This document shows, piece by piece, positions 43,611-48,293 of a stretch of 48,293 bases of DNA. The position numbers and the translations under genes were made by a program. Below the pieces are notes generated by a model. That model was not told the DNA's origin. It made no database searches and saw nothing but the letters and a program-made list of their open reading frames with translations. The stretch's first letter is position 1. Each line of letters begins with the position of its first letter. This DNA comes from a virus (lineage: Duplodnaviria > Caudoviricetes): positions 1 through 48,293 of IMG/VR virus record IMGVR_UViG_3300037742_000046; one strand, written 5' to 3'.

Positions 43611-45047
43611 ATGGCTGAGATTCGTCGCATTGTCAGGCTTAGTTCGAGTGGTACTCCTTCGACAGTTGTGGATCTTGCGGATGGCACGAATTATCAGTCG
43701 GTTCGTGGAAGCTTCAACATCACGCCTGGGCAACGCAAACAGACGATGGCTGATTCCCAGCGACGCTACGGTGGATCAAGGGCGACCGGAGAAACGCACG
43801 ACAACGGTGAGATCGGCTGGAAGATGCTTGTCGCGGGCGCCACCGCTGATCTGTGCCTGTCGAACTTTGACGCGGCTATCGGGGCGCTGGAACTTGCGAC
43901 AATGGATCTCTACTTGCAATGGCAGCCTGATGGTGCCACGACAAGTCGGTATTACGAGTTGCGTGGTCCTGCGGTGTGGCAGCCAACATATGAGTGGGCG
44001 CAGTTTCTGGGTGCCAAGTCAATGTATGGGGATATCAGGCTACCGGTCGCGCCGTTGTCACGTCGGGCGACCTCAACCCTCAGTATTGCCTCTACCACGT
44101 TGCCGGCCACGATTGCTTTGGGGTCTATTGTCGGGACCGCTCCCGCACTAGTAGATCTGCAACTCAACGTGACTAGCGCAACGCCGCCTATCTGGGCGCT
44201 GGTTGGGTGGACGCGTCGACCAACGGCACCTTTGGCGTCATCAGTCGCGCCGTTCGGTGTCATCCAAGCTGAGTCCGGGACTCCTACGTCGTGGGTGTCC
44301 ACGGTTGACGCGAACTATCTTGGCGGGTCCGGCTTGAAGATTACGACGGCTGGTGCGGGGACAGCATCGGTGCTGATCCCTATTGATCCTTCAACGTTGG
44401 CGCCTGACGATTTCTCAACTGATGAGATCGCCGTGGAGGTCTGGGGGCGCGTTGAGCTGGCAAGTACTGTTGTGTCGCCTCGCGTGTTCTTGTCGTTGCA
44501 GCCGTTCGCTGGGTTGACCTTTGGTGCCGAGCAGTTCGCTGTTGAGTTTGGTTCGGCCGGGAAGCTGTTGACACTGCCGAACTCGGGGACACGGTTTCGG
44601 TTTGTGAAGCTTGGAACGCTAAATATGTCTTCTGATCTTTCCTCGCCGTTGAAATTCAACTTGAAGGTTGGAGCGAGTTGGGCGGTGGGGTCAACCGGTC
44701 AGTTTGGTTTGGATTACATCGTTTGCGTCCCGTCTCGGGCACGAGCTTTGAGTCCTTCGTCGGAGCCGAACGATTCGACATATCCGAAGTTCATTGCGGC
44801 GACTAGCGCAACCGTCAAATTGATCCGGTATGACTTGTCGGGTCGCGTCGCGTCTGGTGGTGGCGCTTGGGGCAGGGATTCGGGGTTGGGGGGAAGTCTG
44901 CTTCAAATGCCACCCGGGGACGTTGACCTAGTTTTGAAGCTGTCTTCGCTGGTCGCGGATGACCCAACTTTAGACGCAACAACGGAGGTTATTTCCTACC
45001 CGTCTGTTGCGGGCAGCGTTCGGGTTGTGCCTAGGGACTACCTGTAG
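43611..45047 (+). CDS. Distal tail (Dit-like) protein with inserted domain
   Basis: First gene after the tape measure; beta-rich. Confidence 0.7.
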   Translation: MAEIRRIVRLSSSGTPSTVVDLADGTNYQSVRGSFNITPGQRKQTMADSQRRYGGSRATGETHDNGEIGWKMLVAGATADLCLSNFDAAIGALELATMDLYLQWQPDGATTSRYYELRGPAVWQPTYEWAQFLGAKSMYGDIRLPVAPLSRRATSTLSIASTTLPATIALGSIVGTAPALVDLQLNVTSATPPIWALVGWTRRPTAPLASSVAPFGVIQAESGTPTSWVSTVDANYLGGSGLKITTAGAGTASVLIPIDPSTLAPDDFSTDEIAVEVWGRVELASTVVSPRVFLSLQPFAGLTFGAEQFAVEFGSAGKLLTLPNSGTRFRFVKLGTLNMSSDLSSPLKFNLKVGASWAVGSTGQFGLDYIVCVPSRARALSPSSEPNDSTYPKFIAATSATVKLIRYDLSGRVASGGGAWGRDSGLGGSLLQMPPGDVDLVLKLSSLVADDPTLDATTEVISYPSVAGSVRVVPRDYL

Positions 45048-47146
45048 TGCAAACCAAGTCGGTCTCTATCCGGGTGCAGGTACTTAGTGGGGTTTGGGAA
45101 ACCATTGGCGCCGACCGGGTCCGTGGTGTGTGGCCTGAAGACGTATCGTTGACTGCCGATCACTGGGGACCATCGAAGGCATCATTCAACCTACGTCGGG
45201 ACCCAGGATCGATGTGGCCGGACATCGGTGCTTTCACACCCGTCACCATTGAGGTTGGTGGCGTCCTTGTGTGGTCTGGGCGAGTCGCTGAAACCCCGGT
45301 TAGCCAGTCGTCGCGGGTTGTCAATGTGCAGTGCGAGGGATGGCAGTATCACCTTGACGATGATGTGTACGCCCGCGCGTATGTGCATACGAGGACCGCT
45401 GATTACAAGGATCAACGTGCGTTGCGTGGCGCTGTTCTTGCGCAAACCGCGCTGAACGCTGCCGGTCAGGTCACCACCGATGGTGGCGGGGTGTACCTGG
45501 GTTGGCCGACCGGTACTCCACTGGTGGCGGGGGCACGCGTCGGCGCGGTCCTTGACTTGGGGGCGGGATGCACCGGTAAGCGGGTCGTGACGACTTGGGA
45601 GTCATCCAACAACAACGTTGGTATCGGCGCGACCGTTATCGCGGCTAACACACCGGACAACACGTACACAGCGGGCACATATGATCAGGCATTCTTTTTC
45701 TTGTTGAACACGGGTGCGACAGGGGCAACAAGCGGGACGCTCGCGACCGCACGCCGGTATATCCATGTGTTCATGTACCTGTCGGGTGGCGCCGGAACAC
45801 TGGGGACGGATGTGTTTGTCAAGTTCACATCGATCCATGTGTACGCCGATACGACGTATGAGTCTGGTGGCGTGTCGGTCCTGAAGGCGACCACGATCAT
45901 TCCGGATGCCTTGACGCGCGGCACCCTTCTATTGAGCTCCGACCGGTCGCAGGTTGATCCTGGGGGGACGGTGACGTTCGCGTTTCCTGAGTTCGCGTTG
46001 GAGGGCGAGAAGACACCAAGGGAAGTCATTAGTGCCGCGAACGCCGCCCATGACTATGTTTGCAAGATCGATGAGCGCAAGCGATTGGTGTTCAAGCCTA
46101 AGCCGTCGACCGCGCTGGTTGAGATTGGGGATTGGCCCGGCTCATCGTTTGAGGATGCGTCAGCGAACAGCGGTGAGGAGATCTTCAACCGGGTTATTGT
46201 GGAAGGCACGGCAGCGAACGGTGAGAAGCTGGCGGTGGCGCGCGCGGCTTCTCAGGCGGCGGGGGTCGTGGCTGAACCCATCACATCACCGGCCCCTACC
46301 AACCCGTCGTTTGCGACTAACACCACGTCGTGGTCAACACTTGGGGGGTCTTCGATTACGCGGGATACCGTGCGGTTTGATACGTCACCGGCGTCTGGGC
46401 GTTGGGATCGTGGCGCGGGCGTCGCGTTGTTGTACGGCGATGTGTTGGGTGAGACGTTCACGGGCACGTTTTTGGTGGGGGTTCCGTACACGTTGACGAT
46501 GCGTGTCTATGGGGTTGGCGCGTACAACTCCCCATTCATGTTGCAAGCGTACTTCGGGAGGGATCTTGAGGCTGATTGGGCTCTAGCCAGCCTGTCAGCG
46601 ACAAATAGCTCTGGTAGTTGGCAGACGTTGAGTCTTACGTGGACTCCTGCTACTACGTATACGTCGGGGGTGACCGTGACGTTGTTCGTGACGCGTGCGA
46701 ACGGCAACGTCGCGTATGTCGATTCGTTGTCGTTGTCGGCTGCCACCCCAACGCTCGTTGATCGGCGCGGGTTTCGGCGTACGCATGTGTTGCCGGTGAA
46801 GGCGTCGCTGACCGCTGAGCTTGGGGTCCAGATTGGGGATGTGTGGTTGGCGGCGCATAAGACGACAGCGTTGAAGGGGACGGTGCGAGTGGAGGGCGAT
46901 GCTGCTGCTCGGGAGATTGTGACGGGGGCTGGTGTGCCGCCTGAGCAGTTGTTGTTGCGGACTGGGGAGTTGTTGCGGTTGTCTGACAGGGTTGATCCGG
47001 ATTCGGGTGGGCAGGGTCGGAAGGGCCGGATTGCTGAGGTGACGTATAGCGTGGCTGAGAACGCGGCGACGGTTGCTTTGGATTCGCGGCGTACGTCTCA
47101 TGAGGCTTTGTTGGAGCGTCTGAGTGTCGTCATCGGGAGCGGCTAG
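45047..47146 (+). CDS. Tail tip/hub (Tal-like) protein with CBM-like insert
   Basis: VWSGRV, N.VIV.G; NPSF.T....W...W..LSLTW...YVD.LSL insert. Confidence 0.72.
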   Translation: MQTKSVSIRVQVLSGVWETIGADRVRGVWPEDVSLTADHWGPSKASFNLRRDPGSMWPDIGAFTPVTIEVGGVLVWSGRVAETPVSQSSRVVNVQCEGWQYHLDDDVYARAYVHTRTADYKDQRALRGAVLAQTALNAAGQVTTDGGGVYLGWPTGTPLVAGARVGAVLDLGAGCTGKRVVTTWESSNNNVGIGATVIAANTPDNTYTAGTYDQAFFFLLNTGATGATSGTLATARRYIHVFMYLSGGAGTLGTDVFVKFTSIHVYADTTYESGGVSVLKATTIIPDALTRGTLLLSSDRSQVDPGGTVTFAFPEFALEGEKTPREVISAANAAHDYVCKIDERKRLVFKPKPSTALVEIGDWPGSSFEDASANSGEEIFNRVIVEGTAANGEKLAVARAASQAAGVVAEPITSPAPTNPSFATNTTSWSTLGGSSITRDTVRFDTSPASGRWDRGAGVALLYGDVLGETFTGTFLVGVPYTLTMRVYGVGAYNSPFMLQAYFGRDLEADWALASLSATNSSGSWQTLSLTWTPATTYTSGVTVTLFVTRANGNVAYVDSLSLSAATPTLVDRRGFRRTHVLPVKASLTAELGVQIGDVWLAAHKTTALKGTVRVEGDAAAREIVTGAGVPPEQLLLRTGELLRLSDRVDPDSGGQGRKGRIAEVTYSVAENAATVALDSRRTSHEALLERLSVVIGSG

Positions 47147-47149
47147 CTG

Positions 47150-47223
47150 TAGACTGGAGACATAAAGCACCCCCGCGCGACTGACATCGCCGGGGGTATG
47201 GCACCCCAACATCGGAGGTTGGA
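47150..47223 (+). promoter_or_regulatory. -10 box plus bulged-C leader hairpin (motif copy 4)
   Basis: TAGACT...ACCCCCG-C-GCGA ctgaca TCGC CGGGGGT ATGGC ACC CCAAC atcGGAG GTTGG a ATG. Confidence 0.65.
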
Positions 47224-47919
47224 ATGCAAGAGGATCGTACTCGGTCGCCGCTTCGCATCGAAGACGACGTACTACTCGAACGCGTTCGCGCCGTCGCAGC
47301 ACAGCTCGGGAGAACCCCGGAAGCTAGGGAAGTTCCCGCAGCCATCACCGTTGCGGTCCGCTTTGGAGGTTGGAACAAAGCTCTTGTGGCCGCCGGGCTT
47401 GAGCCCGCTAGGCCACTCAGCAGGGAATACCTCATCGCCATGATGCAAAAGAAAGCCTTCCAGCTAGGGCACACCCCAACAAGTACGGAGATCAACGCCG
47501 ACCCGCTGATGCCCTCATCATCTTCGTACAACCGCAAGTTTGGTGGCTATCGTGCAGCGGCTGTAGCGGCCGGGTTGGACACAGACAACCTGCAGGTCCC
47601 GGGTGGAACCTATACCAGCGCGCTAGACCATCATCTGCGTACAAAGTACGCCATTACGGAAGCCGAGTATTGGGCTCTGAACGAGGCGCAGGGCAGTGTC
47701 TGCCGGATATGCGGGCTACCCGAAACCTGGATCAGCAGTAGAAACTCGGGTCGTGTGACGCGCTTGTCGGTTGATCATTGCCATTCGACTGGGGTTGTGC
47801 GCGGGCTGCTTTGCAACCGTTGCAATAAGATTCTGGGCGTTGCGGGCGATGATCCTGCTCTGCTAGATGCGATGGCCGGGTATCTGCGCAACGCTCAGCC
47901 CGTAGCTGGTAGTGGTTAG
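47224..47919 (+). CDS. Endonuclease VII-family nuclease with two homing-endonuclease-associated repeats
   Basis: CRICG...LSVDHCHSTGVVRGLLCNRCN..LG; RFGGWNKALVAAGL and KFGGYRAAAVAAGL. Confidence 0.88.
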   Translation: MQEDRTRSPLRIEDDVLLERVRAVAAQLGRTPEAREVPAAITVAVRFGGWNKALVAAGLEPARPLSREYLIAMMQKKAFQLGHTPTSTEINADPLMPSSSSYNRKFGGYRAAAVAAGLDTDNLQVPGGTYTSALDHHLRTKYAITEAEYWALNEAQGSVCRICGLPETWISSRNSGRVTRLSVDHCHSTGVVRGLLCNRCNKILGVAGDDPALLDAMAGYLRNAQPVAGSG

Positions 47920-47956
47920 CTTCCGTGTGCCGGGACAGTAGGAGGTTTGATCGTGC

Positions 47957-48293
47957 ATGACGCACAGCACTTTGACCCGTTCGCGACCGCGCGGGTTCCC
48001 CATGACGATCAATGAGTGGACCGACCGCATGCTGGACGATCTCGCGGCTCGCCATGAGAAAGACATGGAGGCGCAGGCGAAGGCTCTCAGCGACGCTCAG
48101 ATACGTAGCGAGCGGATGCTTGAGTCGATCGGGCGGGCATGCGAACGTCATACGCAGTCTGTGCGCGATGAGGTTCTCAAGCAGGGCGACAAGCTCGATG
48201 AGCTCGCGGGTGCCCAGAAGTTCACGGCGGCTCAGAAGACGACGATGATTACGGCCGGGATCGCTGGGGTCGCGACGGTCGTGGCTACGGTTT
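47957..48293 (+). CDS. Coiled-coil protein with C-terminal TM helix; spans the junction and ends at position 147
   Basis: AGGAGG at 47940; MTHSTL...EWTDRMLDDLAARHEK...[22 protein letters not shown]; stop overlaps the ATG at 144 (ATGA). Confidence 0.85.
   Translation, partial: MTHSTLTRSRPRGFPMTINEWTDRMLDDLAARHEKDMEAQAKALSDAQIRSERMLESIGRACERHTQSVRDEVLKQGDKLDELAGAQKFTAAQKTTMITAGIAGVATVVATV
48167..48293 (+). repeat. Terminal direct repeat, copy 2 (assembly overlap)
   Basis: GATGAGGTTCTCAAGCAGGG...GCTACGGTTT identical to the window start; 127 is a common assembler k-mer. Confidence 0.97.

Larger units (their letters stand above)
1..48293. mobile_element. Complete circular(ly permuted) tailed phage genome, siphovirus-like, probable actinobacterial host
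   Basis: Full head/tail gene set, long tape measure, no sheath, lysis genes, end overlap with an ORF reading through the junction; high GC, leaderless TAnnnT promoters. Confidence 0.95.

Noticed and set aside
66-47302. Long minus-strand ORFs opposite real genes (e.g. 119..1117, 5052..6224, 28965..29918, 42650..43687)
   Set aside because: Antisense shadows typical of high-GC DNA; Arg/Pro/His-rich, no motifs, no RBS
48167-48293. 127-bp terminal repeat as a biological DTR or att site
   Set aside because: Length equals a standard assembler k-mer and it falls mid-gene; it indicates circularity only
1-48293. CRISPR array, tRNA, DGR or retron
   Set aside because: No regularly spaced repeats, no cloverleaf with a T-loop noticed, no reverse transcriptase motif; tRNAscan-SE and repeat finders would confirm

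Overview
The window is a complete, circularly assembled genome (48,166 bp plus a 127-bp end overlap) of a high-GC, siphovirus-type tailed phage. The host is inferred to be actinobacterial, possibly Thermoleophilia/Solirubrobacterales. Almost all genes are on the + strand. The virion module (27.7-47.1 kb) encodes TerS, TerL, portal, scaffold, a Mu-gpT-like capsid, neck proteins, tail tube, a tail chaperone with a GGGAAAG -1 frameshift, tape measure, Dit and Tal. The lysis/membrane region wraps the junction and holds two membrane-protein + collagen modules, a holin and a signal-anchored amidase. The early region encodes a Rad52-like annealase, MazG, resolvases, a DNA methylase, about 8 HNH/EndoVII nucleases, three RHH regulators and an RlpA-like transglycosylase. 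I see no integrase, ParA, DNA polymerase or helicase. The most notable observations are: (1) an actinomycete conjugative-element-type FtsK/SpoIIIE ATPase flanked by small membrane genes; (2) a 5'-leader hairpin with a bulged C and compensatory base changes, present four times, each behind its own -10 box and mostly in front of nucleases; (3) a ~200-nt multi-hairpin non-coding region plus scattered hairpins exposing UCCC (anti-Shine-Dalgarno) loops, one able to pair with the holin start. All product calls come from motif recognition by eye, not database searches.
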